Positions 12,816-26,026 of a DNA stretch of 64,000 nucleotides are shown here, in pieces. Source of the DNA: Felis catus (lineage: Eukaryota); the NCBI RefSeq assembly GCF_018350175.1, contig NC_058373.1, forward strand, positions 110,610,001 to 110,674,000, written 5' to 3'. Within the stretch, counting starts at the first letter, position 1, and each line of letters begins with the position of its first letter. Position numbers and translations under genes: made by a program. The notes beneath the pieces were generated by a model, which worked only from the letters and a program-made list of their open reading frames with translations, made no database searches and was not told the origin of the DNA.

Positions 12816-12924
12816 CCCAAGCAGGCTCCACGCTGAGGGCTTCGATCCCACGAACCATGAGATAATGACCTGAGCCAAAATCAAGAGTCAGATGCTCATC
12901 CGACTGAGCCACCCAGGTGCCCCC
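12712..12924 (-). mobile_element. Can-SINE
   Basis: (AG)n tract, ends gagccacccaggtgcccc. Confidence 0.88.
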
Positions 12925-13174
12925 ATTGTGCTTCTTAAAATCAAAGTGGGAAGCTTGACTAAATGGCTATCTTCATCTTCAAATTTAAAAAAGCATTCAG
13001 GTATATATTATTGAGTTTTACTACACTGGAATGGAAAACTACGTATACCTTTGTTATAATAGCAAAGTCACACAAGTCGCAAAGTGTGATCAAAATTACT
13101 CTTCAGGTGGTTTCTCAAGATATCTCGTCTGACTTTACTATTTTTGTTTTACATAGGTCTCTAATTCATAGAAG

Positions 13175-15316
13175 ATGGCAAAGCCCAGCCACAGCAGCTA
13201 CGTCCTTCAGCAGCTAAACAACCAAAGGGAATGGGGTTTTCTCTGTGACTGTTGTATTGCGATCGATGACATTTACTTCCAAGCACACAAAGCAGTTCTG
13301 GCTGCCTGTAGCTCCTATTTTAGAATGTTTTTCATGAACCATCAGCACAGTACTGCGCAACTGAATCTCAGCAACATGAAAATTAGCGCCGAGTGTTTTG
13401 ATCTCATTCTGCAGTTTATGTATTTAGGCAAAATCATGACTGCTCCCTCTAGTTTTGAGCAGTTTAAAGTGGCAATGAACTATCTACAGCTGTACAATGT
13501 TCCTGACTGCTTAGAAGACATACAGGATGCAGATTGTTCCAGTTCCAAGTGTTCATCTTCTGCTTCTAGCAAACAGAACAGCAAAATGATCTTTGGGGTA
13601 AGAATGTATGAAGACACAGTGGCTAGAAATGGCAGTGAGGCCAATAGGTGGTGTGCAGAACCCAGTTCAACCGTAAATACACCACATAACAGAGAGCCCG
13701 ATGAAGAGTCTTTACAATTAGGTAATTTTCCGGAACCACTGTTTGATGTCTGTAAAAAAAGTTCGGTGTCCAAATTATCTACTCCAAAAGAACGCGTGTC
13801 ACGACGCTTTGGACGGAGTTTTACCTGTGACAGCTGTGGATTTGGCTTTAGCTGTGAAAAGTTATTAGATGAGCACGTGCTAACCTGTACTAACAGACAT
13901 TCGTACCAAAACACAAGATCCTACCACAGAATAGTGGATCTTAGAGATGGAAAAGACAGTAATATCAAAGCTGAGTTTGGTGAAAAGGATTCTTCTAAAA
14001 CATTTTCTACGCAGACGGACAAATACAGAGGAGACCCGAGCCAGGCGGCCGAGGATTCGACTTCAACCCCTGGAAGCAGAAAAAGTAGCACCGTGGAGTC
14101 TGAGCTCGCCGGCGAAGAAAAAAGCAGAGCTGCCGAAAGGAAAAGAATCATTATCAAGATGGAGCCAGAAGATATTCCTACAGACGAACTGAAAGACTTT
14201 AACATCATTAAAGTTACTGATAAAGACTGTAACGAATCCACTGACAACGACGAATTAGAAGATGAACCTGAAGAGCCATTTTATAGATACTATGTTGAAG
14301 AAGAGATCGGTATTAAAAAAAGTGGTAGGAAAACTCTAAAACCTCGGATGTCAATAAGTGCTGAAGAAAGAGGAGGTTTAGAAAGTATGAGGCCCCCTAA
14401 CAACAGCAGTCCGGTACAAGAGGATACCGAAAATGCGTCCTGTGAGCTGTGCGGACTCACAATCACCGAGGAGGACCTGTCATCCCATTACTTAGCCAAA
14501 CACATTGAAAATATCTGTGCGTGTGGTAAATGCGGACAGATCCTTGTTAAGGGCAGACAGCTCCAGGAACATGCGCAGAGATGTGGAGAACCCCAAGATC
14601 TGACAATGAATGGCTTAGGAAATGCCGAGGAGAAAATGGACATGGAAGAGAATCCTGATGAGCAGTCAGAAATAAGAGATATGTTTGTTGAAATGTTGGA
14701 TGATTTCAGGGACAATCATTTCCAGATAAACAGTATCCAAAAAAAGCAGTTATTTAAACATTCTGCCTGTCCTTTCCGATGTCCGAATTGTGGCCAGCGT
14801 TTTGAAACTGAGAACCTGGTGGTTGAACATATGTCTAGCTGCCTAGACCAAGATGTGTTTAAGAGTGCCATCATGGAAGAAAACGAGAGAGATCACAGAC
14901 GAAAGCATTTTTGTAATCTGTGTGGAAAAGGATTTTATCAGCGGTGCCACTTGAGAGAACACTACACTGTTCACACCAAGGAGAAACAGTTTGTCTGTCA
15001 GACATGTGGAAAGCAGTTTTTAAGAGAGCGTCAGTTGCGACTGCACAATGATATGCACAAAGGCATGGCCAGGTATGTCTGTTCCATTTGTGATCAAGGA
15101 AACTTCAGAAAACATGACCATGTACGGCATATGATTTCTCATTTATCTGCTGGTGAGACTATATGCCAGGTCTGCTTTCAGATTTTCCCAAATAATGAAC
15201 AGTTGGAACAGCACATGGATGTTCATCTGTATACATGTGGAATATGTGGAGCCAAATTTAATTTGAGGAAAGATATGAGATCACATTATAATGCCAAGCA
15301 TTTGAAAAGAACATAA
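13175..15316 (+). CDS. ZBTB1: Zinc finger and BTB domain-containing protein 1, long isoform (713 aa), whole CDS in one exon
   Basis: [30 protein letters not shown]... has an N-terminal BTB/POZ domain, C2H2 fingers, a CPNC..HMSSC UBZ4-type finger and a C-terminal C2H2 array ending [10 protein letters not shown]. The splice acceptor ttttgttttacatag| ends at 13156, 18 nt before the ATG. Confidence 0.97.
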   Translation: MAKPSHSSYVLQQLNNQREWGFLCDCCIAIDDIYFQAHKAVLAACSSYFRMFFMNHQHSTAQLNLSNMKISAECFDLILQFMYLGKIMTAPSSFEQFKVAMNYLQLYNVPDCLEDIQDADCSSSKCSSSASSKQNSKMIFGVRMYEDTVARNGSEANRWCAEPSSTVNTPHNREPDEESLQLGNFPEPLFDVCKKSSVSKLSTPKERVSRRFGRSFTCDSCGFGFSCEKLLDEHVLTCTNRHSYQNTRSYHRIVDLRDGKDSNIKAEFGEKDSSKTFSTQTDKYRGDPSQAAEDSTSTPGSRKSSTVESELAGEEKSRAAERKRIIIKMEPEDIPTDELKDFNIIKVTDKDCNESTDNDELEDEPEEPFYRYYVEEEIGIKKSGRKTLKPRMSISAEERGGLESMRPPNNSSPVQEDTENASCELCGLTITEEDLSSHYLAKHIENICACGKCGQILVKGRQLQEHAQRCGEPQDLTMNGLGNAEEKMDMEENPDEQSEIRDMFVEMLDDFRDNHFQINSIQKKQLFKHSACPFRCPNCGQRFETENLVVEHMSSCLDQDVFKSAIMEENERDHRRKHFCNLCGKGFYQRCHLREHYTVHTKEKQFVCQTCGKQFLRERQLRLHNDMHKGMARYVCSICDQGNFRKHDHVRHMISHLSAGETICQVCFQIFPNNEQLEQHMDVHLYTCGICGAKFNLRKDMRSHYNAKHLKRT

Positions 15317-16361
15317 GTGATTTTCTACTGTACTCACGTTTAGTTGATAGCAGACAAAACACCAAAGCAAAGGATATGAGCTATTTAGAAATTGATTTTA
15401 TAAGATGAATTGTTGGAGAAAGATCTCAAGGCCCTTTTACCTTTAATATTTTTGTTTAGGATCTTAAGTATCTACATTTTAGATGTTATTAAATGTTTAT
15501 CATTTTTGTTATTTCTTCATAGAATTCTTTGATTTTAGTTTGTTTTAGCTATGATTAAAATTACTTTTCAATGTAGACTACAAGTGGTTGTTACCCCTTC
15601 AATGACTATTAAACTTTAGTTTTTTTTATCATAAGGTGATGACTTTACTATTTCTATGTGGGTTTTTTTTTTTTCTTTGTAAGGTTATCCTGTGAAATTT
15701 TAAATCCAACATCATTGGCCATTTGTGTTTATTTAAAAAAACTTTTTAAAGTAATTCTTGGAAACTATCTCATTTGCTATTAGCTTTTTTTTTTTTTTTT
15801 TTTTTTTTGGTAAGTTGAACAGTGATTTAGCTACTGTTTATTCCCCCCCCTTTTTTTTTTTATCAATGAAATCCATATTCTTTAATTGACATGCTTGTTA
15901 GGCAGGCTAGGTGCATTGACTCTAAACTTGAAGGTTGACATGGGCTCAAACTTGGCCTAAAAAGATTGATGGACCTAAGGAAATTCCTATAAATGAATAT
16001 TTCCTATAATTGATAAAATATTATCATTTAATAATCACATTTAAAACTTATATTAAGTGTAAAATCCAATGACTTTACCCCACTGGAGAAATTAGTGGGG
16101 ACATGTCATTTTGTTTTGTGATATTAAATTTAACTATGATAGTTAATTAAAAAGACATATCTTGTATTCATTTAAAATAATTTAAAATATTCTGATTTCT
16201 AAAGTGTATTAGTTTATCAATTATTTTTGTTTATAAATAGACTTTAATAGCTCTCTAGGAATATGACATCTAAAGGAAAATGATTTTTCATCTTTAAAAT
16301 TACATACTTTTGGAACTTAACTTTGAGATTTGAGAAAGCTGCCATGTATATTGATAAATCA

Positions 16362-16372
16362 AATAAAATAAA
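16362..16372 (+). terminator. Candidate polyadenylation signals, ZBTB1 long isoform
   Basis: Overlapping AATAAAATAAA about 1 kb after the stop codon. Another AATAAA lies at 16670-16675. Actual usage cannot be determined from sequence. Confidence 0.4.
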
Positions 16373-19300
16373 GAAATCAATTACAAACCTGGTTGTTCTA
16401 TAAAAGTAGAGTGTGCAAAAAAATGTCTTGTGTTTTATACTAAGATTTGGAGGAAACGTGTTGTGGCAAATTGCAGTTTATCGCCATGCTTTATTACTAT
16501 TTTTTTCTGTAAAGGACTACAAAATTTGAGGACTATAAAATAATCACAGAGCATATAAGTAGAAATAGCTTATCATTTTTAGTTAAAGGAGTATCATTGT
16601 TAGTTGTTGCTGACACAGGGTCTACCTTGAATTACATGTGAATTAAAACACTGGCACAGCCAACACACCAATAAACACATCTACCGAATAGAATGCCTTT
16701 TAATGTGAATTACTTGCATTGTCATACCCTTCTCATAACGCAAGGGGTCTTAGTCTGTATTTAAACATACAATTCTGTAATTATGCACAGTAACTTAACA
16801 GCATTGCTCTTTTTGCTTACGTCAGATTTTTAAGCTATGCAAGTCCTATTTTCCTATACAATTTGCATACAAGGAAAAATTGCCAAGAGAATTGAGACAC
16901 TGACGAACACAGACCTAGCTGAAAGAGAAGGAAGTACTGGAGCACAGTGTGAGCTCGGAGATTTGTGGGGATACAAGTAAGAATAGGATAAGTAAGAAGA
17001 GGGACAGTGCAGGTGGCATGTGGTATTAAGATAATGGGAAATAGAGACGGGGGAAATACACTAATAGATAAACAAGAAGTTAGGAGTTTTTTTTTTTTTT
17101 TTAAGCCACCTAGCAGAAAAAGCAGGAAAAGTGATTCAGCTAAGTCTTGGACACAGTAGTTTATCAAGGAATTAAATCTGGAGTGCCACTTGAAATATGG
17201 TGTATATATTACTGATAAGAACCTGATAAAAGCTCTGTAACAAACCCAGAGACCGTCAGAGGGTTGCGTAACGAGATAAGATAAACTCAACAAATTTCCA
17301 AACTATTGATAGAGTATCTCAGTGAACATAATTTTTAGGGGGAATCACTTTTTTCCATGATCTCCACCAAAATCTATTGCAGTGGCTTCCCACCATTAAA
17401 GAATAGGGTGGTTTCTAAATACTCCCGTGCTGTAAAAAAGGATTGTCTATTCCATTAGGAAAAGGGAGGGTTAATTTAATGTTTTGACATGGACCGACAG
17501 CCAACAATTAGCAAGCAAATATATAAACATTGAACATAATGTCTAACTTTACATAACTGAGAAGTTTATGGTTTCGCGAAGCCCCACCTCGCCATGTGTC
17601 CCTCCAGTTCCATATTACTGAGAACAACTTTTGTTTTGTTTTGGAACCAGCTATAGGGCAGCACAGGCTCCTGTGGGTATAATGTACAAATTTTCCTCAT
17701 TAAGGCAGAGAGTACATTTAAAAGCTACTTGCCTCTTACAATTAAGGGGAATGAAAAATGGCTGACACCTCTCTCCAACCCAGTTTCTTCTGACTTCCTT
17801 CCTTTCCTGGGGTTACAGAGCTGTAACTCCTTGCTATTGCTTCTTGCCCTCCGTGCTGTGAAGGCAATGAATCGAGGTTGTGGAAGCTACCTTCTCCTCC
17901 TGCCTTTTACAACTTATGTAATTAGGCTCCGAATCCAAAAATGAAGGGAAAATCTAGACAGATATCTGTGGAATCTTGTGTCTCACAAACAGAGTCTTGC
18001 TTAAAAGGCCTTTGTTCTTCAGCAAGAAATCTTAGAGAAATGGAGTCCGTGCCTATCAAAGCTTGTCACCGGTTACGGTGCAACGTGGATGTTTATAATT
18101 CTGTAATAAGCACCACTAAGAATCTCAGATTACCGAAGCACAACAGGGTGGCAGTGTAGTAGGACTCAGAAATCTGTCTTAATCTCACCCATATTCTTAA
18201 AGTAAAACTATTGAGGCAAATGACTCATGCGTAAAATGGTACAAGGCTAGTTTAATGTATGAAGTTCGAATATGGACAAAACTTAGAAGAAAGAACAGGG
18301 ATTCTAGGGGCTAGTTATAGAACTAAAAGAATTAAAATAAGGACAAACTTTGCTAGGGCAGTCAGAGCACCAATCAAAAGGAAAAATAATAGACTGACAT
18401 GAAAAATCGTATTTAAGTGCTGTAGTTGAAAACAAAAATACGAATGAGATGTAGGAGTTGAATAAAATATAAACATTTGGGATTGTTTTAGGTGAGAGTA
18501 GAGATTGAAGTACTTTGGTAGGTTAAAATAATACTGATACATTAAAATAATTACAGCTATAAAATGCCTAGTGAAACAATTGCTGTGAACATGCCAAGGA
18601 TATGCCTAAATGCTTGAGACAATATACTAACTTTTCTATTCTAAAAAAGTAGGAAGAGAGGCTAGTGATGGTTGGCAACTTTCTCCCTGGTTAAACAATA
18701 CTTGTTCCTCTATACCACAAGTTAAGGAACTTCCATATATAATAGATCTCTGGAACCCCCCCCCCCCATAATCAGTTTAACAGTTAAAGTAAACATAAAA
18801 CTTGTCATTGTTAACAAAAAGGTGAACTAGTACCAACCAAAAGAAAACCCAGATGTGTATCAGTACACGTTGTTGGGAGTAAAGAAGTGTGGCGTGTTTC
18901 TAGATTTTTAATGGGTTTTGTGAGTTAAAATTAATTTGCTTTCCATGAATCTACTTGATCAGTTCCTCATCTTTCCTCACCGGGCCCCACCTCCTTTGTA
19001 ACGAATGTTTGTCTGTGATAAATGCCAGCGCTCCTCAGGCAGCGTAGCAGTACAATGCCTAGGCCACCAGGGTGCCAAAAAGCTGTGTGGGGACATATCC
19101 TTGGGGAATGCCCCCCATCTCCTTGATACTTGAGGTGTAGGGAACGGGATTACAGGATGCATGCCAGCCAAGTGAAGCAAGTAGGGTGCTGTTGGGTGTT
19201 TAAGAGCACGAAGATGCCGCCCAGATTAGGAAGCCCTTGATCCATCCATCCTAGAGCTCTCCCTTAGTAATCCTGGCGTCCATTTACTTAGCGCTGTTTA

Positions 19301-21669
19301 TGCTCCGCCAAGTGCTTTACATGCACAATTTTAATTAAGCCTCACAGCCTTATGAGGTAAGTATTCTTTCGATTTTCCAGATGGGGCACTGAGGTTCACA
19401 GAGACTTGAGTATTTTTCCTAAGATCACACAGAAATTAACCACAAGAGCTAGAATTGAGCCTAGACCTATTTGATTTCTACATGCCTGTACTTAACCACT
19501 CAGCCACATACCTCACCTACCAAGAAGTACAAAGGAGGCCCTTTTGAGCCTAGGAACACGTGTGATAAAGCTCCTGTGAAACTCTGTGCTCCATGTTGCA
19601 TCTGTGATCTGCTGTGCCTGGTAAGGTACTTAATGAACGCATTGAATAATGTGGAAACATATCAGTTGGACTCAAAACTTTTTATTTGAATGGGTCACAT
19701 TCAGAGTGATGTTTTAGAAATAAATCCTGACTATTGACATGTTTTAATTTTCCTTTATTTAAACTTAAACCTTCAGTGGTATAATCAGCCATTTGGGAAG
19801 ACCCATTGTAAGTGCCCAATTAAAATTTAATTTGAATTCCACTTCTGTACTTTTACTGTGACTTTTTTTCCCTTCTATTTTCCCTATTCCTGACCTTTAT
19901 GTTTTCATCTCCAAGCAATCACCATTTTATTGGTTATGAGACTGATGAGTTGAATAATTCCAGCCGTTTGAAAGTATTCCCAAGAAAAGCCAGGACCCCA
20001 GAATAACTAGTTTCCTTTTTGCCTTAACAGATGATGTGGATAAGAAAATTTTCATGTCTTTGGCTAAAAAACAAAACAAAATTCTTAATTGGCATATTGT
20101 GATTGGTTTGATTATAGAGTAATGTAAGTTGGTCTAAAATCAAAAGTTGGTTATTCTCTTTATAGTTCAATTTACCAAAAATATTAGTGTAAACTTATAA
20201 ACACAGTCTTACTCATAAAAGAAATGAAAGACAGTTTCAGGAAACGACAGCTGTTTATGCACGCTAACCTAGCGGCAAACTTAAAAAAAAAAAAAAAAAA
20301 GAACAGTTAATGGTTTAAGTGAAACAATCCCCCTCCCAATCTAATCTGACTTTAACTTGATACGTCTATTGCCTGATTTCTAAAAGCTATACAATAGGTT
20401 TTACTATACTGTATTAAATCTATACTTTAATGGTCTTTCTACCATCTGCCAAATGTTATTTTTTGAGTGAAAAGAGAATAAGATGGTGAAGACTCATGGA
20501 TGATGCCTTTATAATTACTCAGGTGGCCCACTTTCATTGCCTTCTAGCAAACTCAAGGACATACTACTTGGTAACATATCAGAAGAGCCTTATACTAAAA
20601 CCAGATGAAATGTAGCTACTTATAAATTTATATGCTGGCAAGAAGCAAAGATGCAAGGATTTAAAATGCAAGGACTTTTATGTCTGTGAGTATTGGTAAA
20701 TACAAACTAAATGCCAATAGCTTGTAAACATGCTAATTTTGAACCCGTTTATTACCACTTACATATTTATATTCAGGTGCTTAGTTGACTTTATCATTAA
20801 GAAGCTTAAATCGTTTCCTTATATCCAGGAGAACCAAATCACTGAGGTCCATTGGTAGTGACAGAATTGTTCATCCTTTCTATCAAAATCGACCACAGAT
20901 CACTAGGGGGCAGGAAGCCATTAGAATTTCTCATTATCTTACTCATTTGTTGACAAAAAAGATGGTGTAAATATTGTAGTGCAGTACTTGGCTCTGAATC
21001 GAATGTATCCATACACTCATCATCATTGTGACCAAGTAAGACGTCACAGGAAACTCTCAGGCCGGGGATGACAAATATGTAAAAGACATTTCCTTTCAGA
21101 ATCAGGAATGTTAACAATTTTATGTGAGAAAATTGCATGACTCTCTGTACTTACCTATGTGAGAAAGGAATAGTTTAAAGAGGACAGCCTAGGAAGCCCC
21201 CACCTAAGCTTTATTTCAGAAGTTACTATGTTGTTTTTATTGTACTTAATACTAGTCAGAATCAGCAAAGCTCATTTTTGGATGACAGAAATAGAATTCC
21301 ATCCAGATTATGAAGGCCATCTTTTCTTTCAAATGCTTATGCATTCCCTGATGTGGGAGAAAATATTTTAAGAGACAATCTCTTTAAAAAAAAAAAAGGG
21401 TAAAGCATTGTTGCAAAAAATACAATTCTACCCAGAATCACTGAGGCAGTTTAGGAGAGTTGTGAACTGAGGAATTTGAAGGAAAGCTCCTTCTCAGGGT
21501 TCATGTGTGTACTTTATTTTTGTTTGCAGAGTGTGCAACATTTAATATTTGAAGAAAACAATGTTAGTGTGATGGCTGAAGGCACTCAGTAAAGAGAACA
21601 TGAACTTTTAAATTTGTTAGATAGATCTTCCAATCAGAGATTTGCCATTAACAAGTTAAAATGCATCGT

Positions 21670-21782
21670 GTGGCACCTGGCTGGCTCAGTCAGTACAGCG
21701 TGTGGTGCTTGATGTCGGAGTCGTGAGTTCGAATCCCACCTTGGGTGTAGAGATTACTTACATAAATAAACTTTTTAAAAAA
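21670..21782 (+). mobile_element. Short Can-SINE (older subfamily lacking the CT tract)
   Basis: ggcacctggctggctcagtcagta...gagttcgaatcccaccttgggtgtagagattact. Confidence 0.8.
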
Positions 21783-22193
21783 GGTTAAAGCACATTGTAA
21801 AATTATTTGATTTGAATGACGAAAGACCTCTTAACTGCTTCCTTTCTCCCTACTTTCCTCTACCTGGCTGACCACTTACTCTTCATGTTGTTGTGTGTGT
21901 CCTACCCATTCTAGCTTAAATCACAAGAAAAAAGGTGCCCCTAAAGTTGAAGAATTGTATTAGTAGTAAGAACACCTTGTATTTGAAGGGTTCAATGAGT
22001 TACATTAAGGAAGAAATTAAATAAATTTAAGTCCCAGGAACTATGCTTTTGCTTCCATTCCTTGTTCTAGTAATATTATGCTGGCCTAGTGCCCCAAGCC
22101 ATGAAATTCTGACCTAAGAATTATGTTGTATCTTGTAGAGCAGTCAACTTGTAATATTATTTTTCTTGAGTTTTGTCTTTTTCTGTGTGGCAG

Positions 22194-22230
22194 TGGTGAA
22201 ATAGGGCCTTCTAAACCTCTGGAGAAGTGA
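22194..22230 (+). CDS. ZBTB1: ZBTB1 alternative terminal coding exon (short isoform ending ...KGMASGEIGPSKPLEK*)
   Basis: Polypyrimidine tract and cag| at 22191-22193. Joining from the internal donor GCCAG|GTATGT (exon end 15072) is in frame: 1898+37 nt = 644 aa plus TGA at 22228-22230. This matches my recollection of the human short isoform C-terminus. Confidence 0.85.
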
Positions 22231-22566
22231 GATCTGAATTTGGAGAGGACATGGGGAAGAATCAATCTTCAACAGATAATCTTTAAGTCCAGACCCAGGA
22301 ATATCAGATCTGAAGTGACACCATCTTTTCTGTCTTCCTGACAAACCTCATCAGTCCCAAAGGTTCCAGTTTCAAGGATCCAAGAAAACTCAGTAAAGAT
22401 CACTTTGGAATCACTTTGCTGTGACAAAATTGATTCACGGTGACTCTCCTAGTATTTGTGGAAAATCTGCTAAAGAAAAGTAACAGAATATTCATATGGC
22501 ATCAGTGGTTAAAGCTACACTAAAATGAGACTTTATATGCTAATTATCTTCCATGGTCCCTTCTAA

Positions 22567-22743
22567 AATAAAAGGGGTTGCTAGGCTACCATAAATATAT
22601 TATAAAGAGATAATAACGTATCTGTGTAAACACATATAATCCTAAAATTAAAATAATCTCAATCACAGTTTACATATTATGAAATGTAGTTAGACAATTA
22701 AAAAAATTACACTCCAAAATCTACAGTTTAGAGTATAAATAAA
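22567..22743 (+). terminator. Candidate polyadenylation signals, ZBTB1 short isoform
   Basis: AATAAA at 22567-22572 and 22738-22743, downstream of the alternative last exon. Confidence 0.35.
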
Positions 22744-24282
22744 GAGATGTGGGTACAGAGAAAAAAACAATGAGATCAATTTTTTAACAAGAAAAGATAA
22801 TCTACTTATTACTCGTTGTAATGTAACATTTGCCCTTCCTCCTTTTTCACTGTCTATACTCGTCACAAACTTGATTATTAATATTAATGAAGCTCCCTTT
22901 AAGCCTGTTAACTCAAAGGAAAACCAAAGTGGTTATTACTTCAATAGTAGATTTTCATAAATCACAGACAACAAAAAGAATGTATCTTAAGACACATTAT
23001 TTTCTTCTGAATTTAGTAATATAACCTAATAAGGTAGAATGAGTTTCTGTTAAATATTTATTCTCAGTATTAACATATAATACCATATTTCTCAGCTTTC
23101 AAATTTCAAGATAAAATTTAACTAAGTATTGAGTGAAACAATGATTGATGTGTTTAAAACAAACAAACAAACAAAACACCTTTCACCGGGAAATGAAATG
23201 TTTGAGGAGATTTTAACCTGGCTTCAAATACTTTGTTTTTTATATATATATATATATATGCTCATACACACGTTTCTTAACCATACGAATCTTACAGCCA
23301 TACTATTTCCTTATTGTGAGATACTCATAGTTTTACTTTTGTTTAACTGTCTATCCAATTCATTATTTATTATTATTGTCTCTTATGCAATATCCTGATG
23401 TTATATATTTCCAGAAATGCTTATTTTGTTTTTATGCCTATTTCTTCAAATGTTTTAGTAAAGAATTACAAAAAGAAATCTAACTTAGAGTATATATAAT
23501 AGTATATGCAAAAGTTAAGTCATTTAAAATCTCTAGCTATAAAGTGGGATGATAACTTGAATATTCCTTCTAATAATTAGACTAACAAAAACTTAGATAA
23601 AGTCAATTAGAATGAAAGTTAATTAGAATGTGGTAGTGGGTATAGGGGCCTGAAGGGATAGGAGAAGTAAAGACTTTGAGTTCATACGAATTCAACTGCC
23701 TTAAGAGAAGTAAGTTTAGAAAAGTGTTAGATTCTAAAAAACAAAAAATAAAAAACTATAGCGAATCTCTTGGGAAGCATATGAACCTGCAGACTTATAA
23801 CAAGTAGGAAACAGACAAGATAAAAGATTACCTGTAATTAAAGGTACCAGATTGACACAGTAGAGACTCAACACATAATGATGTAGAAGTAGATTTAGAA
23901 AAGAAATGTGGCTTAAATTTTGACTGTACCAAACTATAACTGTAATGAATTACAATAACTATAAGTGATATAAATGCATTCTATAATGTGATTATTTTCT
24001 GTATGTTAGTATGAAATGGAGTTACTGAGTGACATGGAAAATTTTTGTTACATATTTTAATCCGTTGCTTTTACCTAATAAAATTTCCTCCTCTATGTTC
24101 AGAAGTTAAACTGTCTGTATATTACCTTTATTTATACAGTATTTCTTCAACCTGGCTCTTTTACAGAATGACTTGTCTGAAAAATTATTATCAACCCCAT
24201 CCATTCCCTAATACAAAAATAATAAAATATCGGAGATAGCTAATTATTGTGTTCCTGAGCAGCTTAAGAAGTGCACAAAGCA

Positions 24283-24373
24283 GGGACACCGGGCTGGCTC
24301 AGTCTGTAGAGCATGCGACTCTTGAGCTCAAGGCTGTGAGTTAGAGCCCCAGGTTGCAGGTAGAGATTACTTA

Positions 24374-24411
<38 letters not shown>

Positions 24412-24750
24412 CATGCAAAGCAAAACTACAAAAAGTTCTTATCGCCAAATCCTGGATTATTTTATATAGAATGATTAGAAAAGTACTATCTTATGGCAAA
24501 CACAGATGGCAAAAAATCAATTAGGTTTCCTCATAATATAAAAAGGAATAATATTGGCGCCTGGGTGGCTTGGTCGGTTGAGCGTCCAACTCTTGATTTC
24601 GGCCCAGGTCATGATCCCACGGTCATGGGATGGAGCTCCATAATATTGGGCTCCTCACTGAGCATGGAGCCTGCTTAAAATTCTCTCTTTCTCCCTCTGC
24701 CCTTCTCCCCGCTCGTGCTCTCTCTCTCTCTAAAATAAAATCAAAAAAGA
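24283..24750 (+). mobile_element. Two Can-SINEs (about 24283-24410, short type with long polyA, and about 24556-24750)
   Basis: tRNA-derived heads and A tails. Confidence 0.82.
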
Positions 24751-25206
24751 AATAATCATTTATAAAAAAATGCACTGACATAGTATTTAGTTCTTTCAGA
24801 GGGTTAATTTTCAAAATGACAATGTATTCAGAGAAATAACTTCCTTACCAATATAATTCATTTTGTCTATGTTCAGCTTAAGAGATGAAAGTTGCACCCA
24901 TCCCCCAAAGTGGTCAGCAAAGTGTATTCTCTTCATTGTAGTCCAGTTCCCAAAGATGATTGCCGTAATTGCACAGAATCTAGTTAAGTATTAACAATTG
25001 CGACAATATTGGGTCAGTCAGACTATTCCACAAGATTCTATCCTCGAAGCTAGCACTGTACAGAACTGAAGTAAGGCCCAGTTAGTGTCATTGTCACAGA
25101 TTCACTTCTTTTCTGGAAAAGACTCTCTTCCAGGTGCAGGTCTTAGCTTTCCATACCAGGAAGTGTCCTCCTCCAGAGCACAGTGTATCTGCAGTTTAGT
25201 TGTAAC

Positions 25207-25452
25207 TTTTATTTTATTTTATTTTATTTTATTTTTTAATTTTTTTTTTTAACATTTATTTATTTTTGAGACAGAGAGAGACAGAGCATGAACGGGGGAG
25301 GGTCAGAGAGAGAAGGAGACACAGAATCGGAAACAGGCTCCAGGCTCTGAGCCATCAGCCCAGAGCCTGACGCGGGGCTCGAACTCACAGACCGCGAGAT
25401 CGTGACCTGGCTGAAGTCGGAGGCTTAACCGACTGCGCCACCCAGGCGCCCC
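25207..25452 (-). mobile_element. Young felid Can-SINE
   Basis: Nearly identical to the 6465, 40637 and 43960 copies. TSD tagttgtaactttt. Confidence 0.92.
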
Positions 25453-25592
25453 TAGTTGTAACTTTTAAAGACTCAGGTTTTTAAGACTAAAAGAGCAAAT
25501 GGTGAAATTTTTCCTATAGTGACAGGTGATTGGATAAAAATTTGGGGACAGGGTACTTCCAATGAAGTATAAAATGGAAGTATTTATAGAGA

Positions 25593-25664
25593 TTTTGTTT
25601 TGTTTTTTAATGTTTGTTTATTCTTGAGAGAGGGAGAGAGACATAGGGCAAGCAGGGGAGGGGC

Positions 25665-25701
<37 letters not shown>

Positions 25702-25813
25702 GAGAGAGAGACAGAATCTGAAGCAGACTCCAGGCTCCAAGCTGTCAGCTCAAACTCACAAACCATGAGGTCATGACCTGAGCCGAAGTCAGACTGAGCC
25801 ACCCAGGCGCCCC
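25593..25813 (-). mobile_element. Can-SINE with internal deletions
   Basis: TSD tatagagat and (AG)n tract. Confidence 0.85.
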
Positions 25814-25994
25814 TATAGAGATCTTAAATAACCAGTTCAGCTCCACTTTGCTGGTAGGCCCTCAAATTACAGGCTGCTACTTACTCCGCTTTCTCTTCAG
25901 GCCAACATTAACTCCTCAAAACAATCCACAACCTTTATGAAAGTTGTGTCTGGGTAGGGATTGAGAGGATTCCAGAAAATCCATAAGTTCCCCT

Positions 25995-26022
<28 letters not shown>
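25995..26022. repeat. Poly-C run (about 28 nt)
   Basis: Directly visible. Confidence 0.9.

Positions 26023-26026
<4 letters not shown>

Noticed and set aside
13480..14715. Antisense and alternate-frame ORFs within ZBTB1
   Set aside because: Shadows of the real CDS.
21670..21782. tRNA-like A/B box sequences
   Set aside because: tRNA-derived SINE heads followed by SINE body and A tail, not tRNA genes.
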